This document shows, piece after piece, positions 1 through 9,596 of a stretch of DNA of 64,000 nucleotides. The first letter of the stretch is position 1. The number at the start of each line of letters is the position of its first letter. A model generated the notes under the pieces. That model worked only from the letters and a program-made list of their open reading frames with translations, was not told the DNA's origin and ran no database searches. This DNA comes from Candidatus Amesbacteria bacterium (GTDB taxonomy: Bacteria > Patescibacteriota > Microgenomatia > CAZETR01 > Amesbacteraceae). The position numbers were made by a program, and so were the translations under genes. The DNA lies in the NCBI GenBank assembly GCA_963736875.1, contig CAVTQH010000002.1, forward strand, positions 334,663 through 398,662, read 5' to 3'.

Positions 1-224
1 TCCTGGTCGATATGTATCTTGGCGACCGGCTTCCGGATTTTGTCTATGATATCAAGTTTCTTAAAAAACTGCGTCAGTTAGGGAAATTAATAATTTTCAA
101 TCATCTTTTTTACGATGATGATAAACGTCGCAAAGCCGGAGAACTTGTAACCGGACTAAAAGATATTTTTCTTTCGGTGAATCTGATGCGTAAACTCACA
201 AATTTACTAATAATTTGCAGTTAA
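1..224 (+). CDS. C-terminal part of a probable SAM-dependent methyltransferase (spermidine synthase-like), truncated by window start
   Basis: Frame is open from the window edge: LVDMYLGDRLPDFVYDIKFL..L...G.LIIFN, resembling the 'ILVD.F....P.......F......L...G.L..N' segment of spermidine-synthase-like MTases. Confidence 0.45.
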   Translation, partial: LVDMYLGDRLPDFVYDIKFLKKLRQLGKLIIFNHLFYDDDKRRKAGELVTGLKDIFLSVNLMRKLTNLLIICS

Positions 225-248
225 AACAGGTATAATATTCGCTGGTTT

Positions 249-3038
249 ATGTTCAAATTCTTAAATAAATTTCTCGATTTCAATCAGAAAGAAGTTAACC
301 GCCTGTATCTTAAAGTAAACGAGGTTAATACTCTTACCGAAAAATTCTCCAAGTTAAAAAAACCGGAGGATTTTGCAGCTGTTACCGCCGAGCTCAAAAA
401 GCGTCTTTCAGACGGCGCTTTGTTAAACGATTTGCTCCCGCCGGCATTTGCTGTTGTCCGCGAAGCTTCTGATCGGGCAATCGGATTAAGACCTTATGAC
501 GTCCAGTTGATGGCGGGAATCTGCTTTCATGAAGGCAAGGTTGCCGAACAAAAAACCGGTGAAGGCAAAACTTTATCAGCGGTTCCCGCCCTCTACCTCA
601 ATGCCCTATCAGGTCAGGGGACACATCTGGTTACAGTCAACGACTATCTGGCCCGTCGTGACGCCGGCTGGAATGGTCCCACTTTCCATTTATTGGGTTT
701 GTCGGTGGGCGTTATCATGCATGAACAGTCATTTTTATACGACCCGACTTACTTTGATCCGGCTCACGGTGATGACCGGCTGGCTCATCTGCGTCCCTGC
801 ACCCGTCAGGAAGCGTATGAAGCGGATGTTACTTATGGCACCAACAATGAATTCGGTTTTGATTACCTGCGGGATAACATGGTAGGGGAATTGTCGGAAA
901 TGTCCCAGCGCGGGCATCACTTTGCCATTGTTGATGAGGTGGATTCGATTCTTATCGATGAAGCCCGTACTCCTTTGATTATTTCCATGCCTGATACCGA
1001 ACCCACCCAGAAATACTACGAATTTGCCAAACTGGTCGATCGTCTGTCGGGGGACACCGATTATGTAATTGATGAAAAACATAGGACCGCCAATCTCACG
1101 GAACACGGCGTTAAAAAAGTGGAAAAAATGCTCGGTGTGGACAATCTTTACGAAAAAGATTTTGAAACAGTCCATCACATGGAAAATGCTCTCAAAGCCC
1201 GGACTCTGTTTCTCAAAGACAAGGATTACATTATTAAAGATGACGAAATCATCATCGTCGATGAATTTACCGGCCGGCTGATGCCCGGCCGCCGCTGGTC
1301 GGAAGGCATTCATCAGGCGGTGGAAGCCAAGGAAAATGTCCGTATCCAGCAGGAGTCAAAGACCATGGCCACCATTTCTTTCCAGAATTACTTCCGGATG
1401 TACGAAAAACTGGCCGGTATGACCGGAACTGCAGCCACCGAAGCCGAAGAACTGCAAAAAATCTACAAGCTGGAAGTGGTAATCGTTCCTACCAACAAAC
1501 CCATGGTCAGGCAGGATTTGCCCGATATTGTGTACAAAACCACGCGGGCAAAATATACGGCGTTAGCCAATCAAATAGCGGAACTGCATACCAAAGGTCA
1601 GCCGGTACTGGTGGGAACCACCTCGATCGAAAAAAACGAAATGGTCTCGGAACTTTTACACCGCAAAAAAATCCCCCACCAGCTTTTAAATGCCAAAAAC
1701 CACGAGCGTGAAGCTCAGATTATTTCCGAAGCCGGCAGGGTAGGTGCTGTAACCATAGCTACCAATATTGCCGGCCGGGGAGTGGATATTGTTCTGGGCG
1801 GGACTCCGCCCCCCAATCCCAAGTTCGTTCTGGGCCAGGACCGTTTGACCGATGCCCAATACAAAAAAGAGATGGATAAATGGCAAAAAGCCCACGACGA
1901 AGTGGTGGCTGCCGGCGGTTTGTGTGTTATCGGCACCGAACGGCATGAATCCCGCCGGATCGATAATCAGCTGCGCGGCCGCTCCGGCCGTCAGGGTGAT
2001 CCCGGCGCCACCCGTTTTTTCCTGGCTCTGGATGACGATATCATGCGGATTTTCGGCGGTGAGCAGGTAGCCAAAATTATGGGTTTTCTCAAAATCCCTG
2101 AGGATGAACCGATTGAACACGGCATGGTTTCCAAAGCTATCGAGCAGGCCCAGGTCAAAGTCGAAGGTTTTAATTTTGACGCCCGTAAAAGCGTGGTTGA
2201 TTACGACGATGTGATGAATAAACAGCGGGAAATTATTTACGGTCTGCGCCACCGGGTTTTAAACAATGAAATCAAGGACGAAGAAATTTTAACCAAACTT
2301 ACTTCCCAGATCAGAAATGTTATCAATATTTATGCTCCTCACGGAGTTGTTGAATCGGAAGTTTTACCTATTACCACAGCTCTGGTGGAAATAGTTCCCT
2401 TTGATGACAATTCCCAGACCGCCCTTTCAGCTCAATTTAAACAGCTGAGTGTAGCAGACGAAATTTCCAAATTAACGGACCAGATTATTACCGAGGCCTT
2501 CCAGAAGCGCCGCTCCCAGGTAGGGGATGATGTCTGGAAGCTGATTGTGAAGTTTTCATACCTTTCCGCCATCGACCATCTTTGGGTTGATCATCTCGAC
2601 GCTGTTGATGATTTGCGATCCGGCATCGGTCTTCGCGGTTACGGTCAGCGTGACCCCCTGGTTGAATACAAAGGAGAAGCTTTTTCCATGTTTGAAAGAT
2701 TGATCACTCAGGTGGAATCCGAGTTTTCCAAGCGTCTTTTCCGGATCCAAATTGGCTCCCCTCAGGAAGAGAGGCGGCAGGTCAGTCCCCAAATGATTGA
2801 GATCAAGCCGGATATGTCTGCAGTTACCGCCGCCCAAACTGATAGTGAGGTTCTGCCGGCCGGAAAACACGGCGGAAAAAAAGTCTCCGCTGACTTTATG
2901 GCAGCCATGCAGGGACTGCAAAAAGGCGGCGCCGAAAATCCCCACAAAAATATCGGCCGCAACGATCCCTGCTGGTGCGGCAAGAAGAAACCGGATGGCA
3001 CTCCTGTTAAATACAAACACTGTCATTACCCAAACTAG
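249..3038 (+). CDS. secA: Preprotein translocase subunit SecA
   Basis: 929 aa; KTGEGKT Walker A, IVDEVDSILIDEARTPLIIS, QLRGRSGRQGDPG, C-terminal SEC-C GRNDPCWCG...KYKHCH. Confidence 0.99.
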   Translation: MFKFLNKFLDFNQKEVNRLYLKVNEVNTLTEKFSKLKKPEDFAAVTAELKKRLSDGALLNDLLPPAFAVVREASDRAIGLRPYDVQLMAGICFHEGKVAEQKTGEGKTLSAVPALYLNALSGQGTHLVTVNDYLARRDAGWNGPTFHLLGLSVGVIMHEQSFLYDPTYFDPAHGDDRLAHLRPCTRQEAYEADVTYGTNNEFGFDYLRDNMVGELSEMSQRGHHFAIVDEVDSILIDEARTPLIISMPDTEPTQKYYEFAKLVDRLSGDTDYVIDEKHRTANLTEHGVKKVEKMLGVDNLYEKDFETVHHMENALKARTLFLKDKDYIIKDDEIIIVDEFTGRLMPGRRWSEGIHQAVEAKENVRIQQESKTMATISFQNYFRMYEKLAGMTGTAATEAEELQKIYKLEVVIVPTNKPMVRQDLPDIVYKTTRAKYTALANQIAELHTKGQPVLVGTTSIEKNEMVSELLHRKKIPHQLLNAKNHEREAQIISEAGRVGAVTIATNIAGRGVDIVLGGTPPPNPKFVLGQDRLTDAQYKKEMDKWQKAHDEVVAAGGLCVIGTERHESRRIDNQLRGRSGRQGDPGATRFFLALDDDIMRIFGGEQVAKIMGFLKIPEDEPIEHGMVSKAIEQAQVKVEGFNFDARKSVVDYDDVMNKQREIIYGLRHRVLNNEIKDEEILTKLTSQIRNVINIYAPHGVVESEVLPITTALVEIVPFDDNSQTALSAQFKQLSVADEISKLTDQIITEAFQKRRSQVGDDVWKLIVKFSYLSAIDHLWVDHLDAVDDLRSGIGLRGYGQRDPLVEYKGEAFSMFERLITQVESEFSKRLFRIQIGSPQEERRQVSPQMIEIKPDMSAVTAAQTDSEVLPAGKHGGKKVSADFMAAMQGLQKGGAENPHKNIGRNDPCWCGKKKPDGTPVKYKHCHYPN

Positions 3039-3637
3039 AAATTTAAATCGGAGTAAAGATCTTTTATGAATGGAAAGAGCTTTGTTTTAATATCACTTCG
3101 TGAATGAATTTCAACTAGTTTTCTGGTAACTACAGAGTGGCAAGTAGGGCAAAGTATTATCCAATCCTTTGGGTCTTTCGATCCAGGTACTAAATGGTGC
3201 CATTCACACATTTTTATTCCACAGCATTCACATGTTTTTCCATACAATTCCAATGCCTTTTTTCGAAATGTGGACTTAGCCGTTCCTTTTCTATTTTTCC
3301 ACAATTTATAGTTCATGCGATAGTAACGTATAACCGTATAACTTACACCTAGGATTTTGGCAATTTCCTTATCGGTCTTCTTTTTCCAGTTGGAATTAAT
3401 AAACATTTTTTCTTTAAATACCAATTGGTTTGTATGTGGTCTTATCCCGGCCAGCTTAAGAGCATCAGACCACTTACCAAATCTTCTTACTATTGTTCTT
3501 GGTGAAGGTCCAGGTATTTTAACAATATCCCTAAAGGTGGGTGCTTTTTTAATTAGTTTATTTACTCCTTTTAAATAGGTAATAATATCGTTATTTGAAT
3601 AATCACGTTTAAATCTTTTATTTAAAGCTTTGTTCAT
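3035..3637 (-). CDS. HNH endonuclease-like protein with N-terminal homing-endonuclease-associated repeat/HTH
   Basis: PSPRTIVRRFGKWSDALKLAGI repeat motif, HTH-like TDKEIAKILGVSYTVIRYYR, C-terminal CECC..HH..LCPTCH; visibly AT-rich; stop overlaps the secA stop. Confidence 0.75.
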   Translation of the reverse strand: MNKALNKRFKRDYSNNDIITYLKGVNKLIKKAPTFRDIVKIPGPSPRTIVRRFGKWSDALKLAGIRPHTNQLVFKEKMFINSNWKKKTDKEIAKILGVSYTVIRYYRMNYKLWKNRKGTAKSTFRKKALELYGKTCECCGIKMCEWHHLVPGSKDPKDWIILCPTCHSVVTRKLVEIHSRSDIKTKLFPFIKDLYSDLNF

Positions 3638-3772
3638 GATATTAATTTATATAAAAGTACGATAAATGTCAAAAAAGTACAAAATATGCCACTTTCCTAA
3701 TTAGATCCTAAGTGATCTAGTTCCTGATAACCATTGGTAACCACATGGTATCCAGTGCTACACTTATTATTA

Positions 3773-4441
3773 ATGGAGGAACAAATAGAACCGGGGCTAC
3801 CAACCAAGATCTCCTCAAAAGCATTTCCTAAATATTTTGCTACGGTTACCCCACTTTCAAAATTTCTTGCTGCAATAATATTTATAATTCTTCCGTTTTT
3901 TGGGTTTTATCTGGGAATAAAATACGGTGTATTAATCTCATCTGGCAAATCTGCTGCAAAACCTGTATTTATTAATAAGATTGTGGTTGCTACTCTAACT
4001 CCCCGCCCAAGCCTGCCTGCACCAACCGAAAAACCGGGGAAATGCGAATCTAACCCCTGTGTTGTAAATGGTATAGTTTATTATTCTGATGAACTGGGCG
4101 TAAAAAAAATAGTTGCCCAATCTGACTATAAAGAGACCCCTACCGCCGTAAGTGGTTATACTTATAAGTTCGCCCAATTATCCCCAAACAATAAGTTCAT
4201 ATCCCTTGGGAGTATAGGTCACGAATCAGTATCTTTTGAAGTTTATGATATTTCATCAGCAAAAACCCACTTAGTAAATGCTACCGGATTCGATTTTGGA
4301 TACTGGTTAAACGATAATAGGTTACTGGTCGTAGCAGAAGGTGGCATGGGTATAAGTAACGGGATCTTTATATCAAAAAACGGTACAGAGCCATGGATTA
4401 TGGAAAAAATCGGTGATGCACCAATTGATCTTAGATGGTAG
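3773..4441 (+). CDS. Hypothetical N-terminally membrane-anchored protein
   Basis: ATG at 3773 inside ORF 3734..4441; single TM (VTPLSKFLAAIIFIILPFFGFYLG) followed by a beta-rich domain. Confidence 0.7.
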   Translation: MEEQIEPGLPTKISSKAFPKYFATVTPLSKFLAAIIFIILPFFGFYLGIKYGVLISSGKSAAKPVFINKIVVATLTPRPSLPAPTEKPGKCESNPCVVNGIVYYSDELGVKKIVAQSDYKETPTAVSGYTYKFAQLSPNNKFISLGSIGHESVSFEVYDISSAKTHLVNATGFDFGYWLNDNRLLVVAEGGMGISNGIFISKNGTEPWIMEKIGDAPIDLRW

Positions 4442-4573
4442 TTATTTTACGTGGTACCATGTTTTTCTGACACTTCAAAAAATGTCATTATCCCAACTGA
4501 ATCATTAAAATTTCAGGCCTGGGAGATCAATGAGTTTGACTTGATGTGATACAAAAGAGCTATATTAGTATCA

Positions 4574-5095
4574 ATGCCGGAGATAGATGCGGATATAAAC
4601 CCTGAAACAGTTTCCCCGACGGGTTTTAAAGTTAAAAAAACTGCTGTTTTAGCTCTTTTCTTAACATTATTACTGCTGATTTCTGGATTTATGATATGGC
4701 GCATCAGGAATCCGGGTATTTCAACAGTACAGACTCCAAAGTTAGCCGTCGGTTTTCCTGAAATTCCCGTTTATCCCAAAGCCAACCTGATCAGTTCCGT
4801 TTCAAAACCGGATACTGATGGGACTTTTTATCAAAGTATCTGGGAAGTAAGTGCAAGTGTTCCTGATATCTCGGGTTGGTATTTGAAATCACTGCCGGAC
4901 TCCGGGTGGGTTATTGATGTCAAACCTGCAGATATAAATGTCCCCGACATCCAAAATATCATTTCCTTTAAAGAAGATAAGACTTTAAACCTGGGAATTA
5001 TTAAAGAAGCGGACGGAAATAACGTAAAGATAACGGCGGAGTTTTTTCCCCCGGTCAAAGATGAAGAATTTAGTGTAGAAACTGAAGGGCCATAA
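4574..5095 (+). CDS. Hypothetical membrane-anchored protein
   Basis: 173 aa; one TM then 'GFPEIPVYPKA' extracytoplasmic domain; TATATT 8 nt before ATG. Confidence 0.7.
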   Translation: MPEIDADINPETVSPTGFKVKKTAVLALFLTLLLLISGFMIWRIRNPGISTVQTPKLAVGFPEIPVYPKANLISSVSKPDTDGTFYQSIWEVSASVPDISGWYLKSLPDSGWVIDVKPADINVPDIQNIISFKEDKTLNLGIIKEADGNNVKITAEFFPPVKDEEFSVETEGP

Positions 5096-5100
5096 TTCAA

Positions 5101-8100
5101 ATGAACAGTGTACTTCAAAGATTGTCAGCATTTTTTGTATTTATTATTTCCTTACTGGTTTTTTGTACTTTTCCCGCTGAGGCTGCCTTCCGTTTTGTTT
5201 CCCTCGGCGATGCCCAGAATGAATCCGGAAGATTGGGAACTACGGCAAATCAGGCTAATTCAGTAAATCCTATCATTGCCATTTTTAACGGCGATCTGGA
5301 AAACGATGGGGTCACATCTGCCGGATTTTCCACAATGACTTCAGCCATGGGTAATTTATTCCCCAAGACTTTTCTGGTGCGGGGAAACCATGACAATCAC
5401 TTAGCAGGCAGCGCCAGCCTGTGGTCATCTTTACAAAACAACGCCGCCAAAGCCCAGGCTTTAGGAGCCAGAAATTATTCCGAATTAAATTCCAATCTGA
5501 CATTTTCCTTTGATTATGAAAATGTCCGCTTTATAGGTGCGGACGTTCCGGGTGGTACCACCCTGCTGTCATCTGCCCAGATCGCATGGATAGGTCAAAG
5601 GTTAACTGACGCTGAAATTAACCACCCAGAGTTACAGCATGCCTTTCTTTACTGGCACGGCCCGGTTTACTGCGTGGCAAGCAACCATTGCGGTTGCTCG
5701 GCAGCCAATAATTACAGCTGTACCCCCTCGTCGATTATTTCTCTGATCAACCAACACCCGATTGTCTCTGCCACCTTTCACGGTCACGAGCATATTCTGG
5801 GCTGGACCCATATCAGTTCCGCCCGCCTCAGTGCAATTACCCATGAATATGAACAATTTATTACCAGTCCCGCGGGAGGCTGGACTTATAACAGCTATCT
5901 GTATCCTGCCCGTGTGGATTATTTCTATCCGGATATGAGTGGTGGCGGATCGGGGTTTGCGGCAGTTGATGTCAACGGACTTTCCTTTACCTATAATATA
6001 TATAAGGTCGGGACAAATTCTCCCGTTTGGTCCAGAACATTTACCAAAGGTTCTATCGGGCCGACTCCGACCCCCGGAGGTCCTACGCCCACACGTATTC
6101 CTACTCCTACTCCGACCAGGACTCCCACCCCCACCCCGATCAGGACACCGACTCCGACCGGATCTCCTGTCCCCACCACCCCCCCCGTGGGATCGTATTA
6201 CGTCTCACCCGGCGGCAGCGGAACCACCTGTTCCTATTCCAGCCCCTGTACTCTGAATACCGGTTTGGGCAAGTTGTCGGCCGGATACGCTTTATATCTT
6301 CGCGGCGGAACATATAATCAGACAGTCAGCATTTCCAAAAGTGGCACATCCGCAGCCCCGATTACTATTGATAACTATCCGAACGAGACAGCTGTAATCG
6401 ACGGCAATTACACCATACCTACAGGCAGCAACTGGGCACCGCTGGTAACAATTTCCGGATCCTATGTCATCTTCCGGGATATTGAAGTCGCCCGGTCAAA
6501 CGGTGAGGGAATTTCAGTAAACGGAACTTTTAGTCGGGTAGTTAATATTTACTCGCATCACAATCATGAAGCCGGAGTGATTTTGAACGGTGATGATACG
6601 GTTGCCGATGGCTGCAGGATTTACTATAACTCAATGCATAACGAGTTCGGCGTACAGCTGCCTAACGGACTAGGTTGGGGTACCGGTATCAGTGCCGCCC
6701 GGCATCCCTCACGGGCAATCATCAGGAATACCGTCAGTTGGAATAATTGGGGTGAGGGAATTTCTACTTTCGGTGCTGACCATACTATTTTAGAAGACAA
6801 CGTTTCTTACGATAACTGGTCCGTGAACATGTACATCCAGAATGTGCAGTATGCCGTTGTTCAGCGGAACCTTATTTACCGCACTCCTAATAATATTTTT
6901 TCAGGCATTGCCTATAAAGCCAGTGAAACCGGATTGGTGGAGGACAATGAGGCTGCCGATGCCCAGTACGGAATCAGTTCCAATAATATTTTCGTCAACA
7001 ATATTGTTTACGGAGCCAAGGGTAATTTTGTCCATTGGAGCGGCAGCACGGGGATGGTAAATGCAGTAATTGCCAATAACATATTTGTGAATGCCACAGG
7101 CCGTTCCAACGTCGATATTCAGGGCAGTAATACAAACATTCAATTCCGAAATAACCTTATTCTTCAGGATGATGGTCTGTCGATTGCCAGTATCGGCAGC
7201 GGGGTCACCAAGTCCAATAATCTGTGGTCTCGAACTCCGCCGGCAAATGCGGGCGGGACAAATGATGTCATAGGTGATCCGCTCCTGTCCCGGCAGGGAA
7301 CAATAGGCCCCGGTCAACTGACAGGGAACTGGTTTAAACTGACTTCTTCATCCCCGGCCATCAACAAAGCCGTCAGTTTGGCGCAGGTAGTCAATGATTA
7401 CTTCAAGTCGGCCAGACCTTACGGGGCGCTTCCGGACATCGGAGCGCATGAGTACGGAGGAGTAATGCCGCCTGTGACACCCACACCCACTTACGCGCCA
7501 ACCCCTACGCTCAGACCCACATCCACACCCGGACCGGGAACTCCCACTCCGACTCCTTCAAGCACCACTGCCAGGTTGATCCGGACCGTAAATTTATACC
7601 AGCTTTCCCCGCCTTCACCGGATTCATCCGGTATTACCTATCTCCAAAATTCCGGAAGACTCTTAATTTCCGATTCGGAAGTGGAGGAAATGCCGATATA
7701 TGCAGGTAAAAATCTTTTCGAAATCACCACCGGCGGCAGCCTGGTCAAAACCGCCACCACCACCGGTTATTCAAATGAACCAACGGGATTGACCTACAAT
7801 CCGAATAATAATCATCTGTATATCTCCGATGACAACTATCAGCGGATTTTCGATTTAAATCCGGGAACAGACACACAGTACGGTACCGCGGATGATACAG
7901 TTACATATTTCAGTACATCAGCATTCGGCTGCATTGATCCCGAGGGCGTGGCTTATGGCCAGGGCAATCTTTATATTATCAGCGGCACCCAGAGAATAGT
8001 CTATAAAACAACATTAAGCGGCAGTTTACTGGCAACTTTGGATCTTTCCGGATCAACCTACGGGCTTCAGGATTCGGAAGGGATCGCATATGATCCGGAC

Positions 8101-9591
8101 AGTAACACTCTGTATGTCATCGACGGTGCAAATAAGGCGCTGATAGAAATAACCACCTCCGGTGCACTGCTTCGGAAAATCAATATTTCGGAGGCAAATG
8201 CCGTATTACCCGGTGATGTTGCCATTGCCCCTTCCAGCAGCACCACGGATAATCCGGCGGTAAAAAGTTTATATATTGTCGCCAGAGGTGTGGACAATGA
8301 TGCTGATCCCTCTGAAAACGACGGAAAGATGTACGAAATGTCAGTAGCCTTTGCCAATTCTCCGACGGTTCAGCCGACACCTCCACCGACAGCCACCTCT
8401 GCCCCTCCCACAAGTTTCCCCACACCCCAGCAGGTTCCTGGAGACGCCAACGGGGACAGACAGGTGAATGAAGCCGATTATGCCGTCTGGAAGACTAATT
8501 ATAATCAGAGTGTACCTATAGGGGATTTCGCCCGGGGGGATTTCAGTGACCCGATTGTTCGGGCAGACGGCAAAGTCAACGGTCTGGATTACGCAGTCTG
8601 GTTTAATCACTTCACCGCCTCTTCACCTACCAATACCCCCGTTCCGACCGTTGTTCCCAGTAGTACTCCCAGACCCAGTGTCATACCCACTCCGCCTCCA
8701 AATACCACACCGACACCCACGTCCCCACCTTCAGGCAGGCGGATTACCAAATACTACGGTGTTGACAGGGGTAATCCGATTACCGACGCCAACTACTCGA
8801 TTTTAAGTCAGCACGCTGTTAAAACAGTGGTGGTGAGTACCGGTATTAACAGTTCTTCTGACTGGCAGAATATTGTCAATTTAGCCGCTAAATACAACTT
8901 TAATGTGGTCATCTGGCCGAATCAGGGAGGCGATGTCCCGGGGTGCGGTTGGGAGTCGCCTTATCAGGAACCTCAGAATGGCGATTATATCTGGAGGGTG
9001 AAGCCCATGCTGGACGCTATCGGAGGCAATCCCCGGATTATCGGTATTGTCAGTGCCCATGAACCGTTCTGGAGCTGTATCACCTCAATTGACGTTATGG
9101 CGACAATTAAAACCCAGCTGAAAGACTATGTAAAAACCAAGTTCGGCAGGAATGATTTCAAGGTCTGGAATTATATCGATAATATTGCCGAAAACGGTCT
9201 TCGGGGTGCCGATATCGGCAGGGTAATGGATGTGGCGGTCACCTGGCAGCATTGTTTCGGCGGGGCTGAAGGCAGCTGTCCGGGGGCTCAACAAAAAATC
9301 ATGAATGACCGTGCTGCAATAAACAGCGCCGGCTTGGACGGCACGGTCGACCTGGTGTATCTGTTCCAGACTTTTGCCATGGGCAGCGGTTATCGCATGC
9401 CTACTTACCAGGAAATGTATGACTGGTCCAAGACTTTCCTGGGTACCAATGCTTTGGACGGATTTATGTGGTATACCTGGGGAGCCTGCTGGTACTCCTC
9501 TGACCTATATTGTCCGACAAATACCCATCCCAATCAGAATTTATGGCCGAATATGAATAACGTATACGACCAGTTTGTGATCAAAAGCTGA
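5101..9591 (+). CDS. Large secreted multidomain protein: metallophosphoesterase + right-handed beta-helix + beta-propeller + dockerin + glycoside-hydrolase-like domain
   Basis: Signal peptide (AEA); GD/GDL/GNHD/GHEH phosphoesterase motifs; YYVSP..LRGGTY beta-helix ending PDIGAHEY; SGITY/TGLTY/EGVAY/EGIAY propeller repeats; dockerin GDANGDRQVNEADY..DGKVNGLDY; Pro/Thr linkers between domains. Confidence 0.85.
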   Translation: MNSVLQRLSAFFVFIISLLVFCTFPAEAAFRFVSLGDAQNESGRLGTTANQANSVNPIIAIFNGDLENDGVTSAGFSTMTSAMGNLFPKTFLVRGNHDNHLAGSASLWSSLQNNAAKAQALGARNYSELNSNLTFSFDYENVRFIGADVPGGTTLLSSAQIAWIGQRLTDAEINHPELQHAFLYWHGPVYCVASNHCGCSAANNYSCTPSSIISLINQHPIVSATFHGHEHILGWTHISSARLSAITHEYEQFITSPAGGWTYNSYLYPARVDYFYPDMSGGGSGFAAVDVNGLSFTYNIYKVGTNSPVWSRTFTKGSIGPTPTPGGPTPTRIPTPTPTRTPTPTPIRTPTPTGSPVPTTPPVGSYYVSPGGSGTTCSYSSPCTLNTGLGKLSAGYALYLRGGTYNQTVSISKSGTSAAPITIDNYPNETAVIDGNYTIPTGSNWAPLVTISGSYVIFRDIEVARSNGEGISVNGTFSRVVNIYSHHNHEAGVILNGDDTVADGCRIYYNSMHNEFGVQLPNGLGWGTGISAARHPSRAIIRNTVSWNNWGEGISTFGADHTILEDNVSYDNWSVNMYIQNVQYAVVQRNLIYRTPNNIFSGIAYKASETGLVEDNEAADAQYGISSNNIFVNNIVYGAKGNFVHWSGSTGMVNAVIANNIFVNATGRSNVDIQGSNTNIQFRNNLILQDDGLSIASIGSGVTKSNNLWSRTPPANAGGTNDVIGDPLLSRQGTIGPGQLTGNWFKLTSSSPAINKAVSLAQVVNDYFKSARPYGALPDIGAHEYGGVMPPVTPTPTYAPTPTLRPTSTPGPGTPTPTPSSTTARLIRTVNLYQLSPPSPDSSGITYLQNSGRLLISDSEVEEMPIYAGKNLFEITTGGSLVKTATTTGYSNEPTGLTYNPNNNHLYISDDNYQRIFDLNPGTDTQYGTADDTVTYFSTSAFGCIDPEGVAYGQGNLYIISGTQRIVYKTTLSGSLLATLDLSGSTYGLQDSEGIAYDPDSNTLYVIDGANKALIEITTSGALLRKINISEANAVLPGDVAIAPSSSTTDNPAVKSLYIVARGVDNDADPSENDGKMYEMSVAFANSPTVQPTPPPTATSAPPTSFPTPQQVPGDANGDRQVNEADYAVWKTNYNQSVPIGDFARGDFSDPIVRADGKVNGLDYAVWFNHFTASSPTNTPVPTVVPSSTPRPSVIPTPPPNTTPTPTSPPSGRRITKYYGVDRGNPITDANYSILSQHAVKTVVVSTGINSSSDWQNIVNLAAKYNFNVVIWPNQGGDVPGCGWESPYQEPQNGDYIWRVKPMLDAIGGNPRIIGIVSAHEPFWSCITSIDVMATIKTQLKDYVKTKFGRNDFKVWNYIDNIAENGLRGADIGRVMDVAVTWQHCFGGAEGSCPGAQQKIMNDRAAINSAGLDGTVDLVYLFQTFAMGSGYRMPTYQEMYDWSKTFLGTNALDGFMWYTWGACWYSSDLYCPTNTHPNQNLWPNMNNVYDQFVIKS

Positions 9592-9596
9592 TATCT

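Noticed and set aside
4460-4530. Imperfect hairpins (TGACA..TGTCA, TCCCA..TGGGA) in the 4442-4573 gap
   Set aside because: Short arms in AT-rich DNA and no recognisable RNA family; too weak to call
6058-6190. Short imperfect repeats (ccgactccgacc, cccacccccacc), also at 34520-34690 and 36090-36190
   Set aside because: They encode Pro/Thr linkers in frame; there is no constant repeat with unique spacers, so not CRISPR or a DNA-level element
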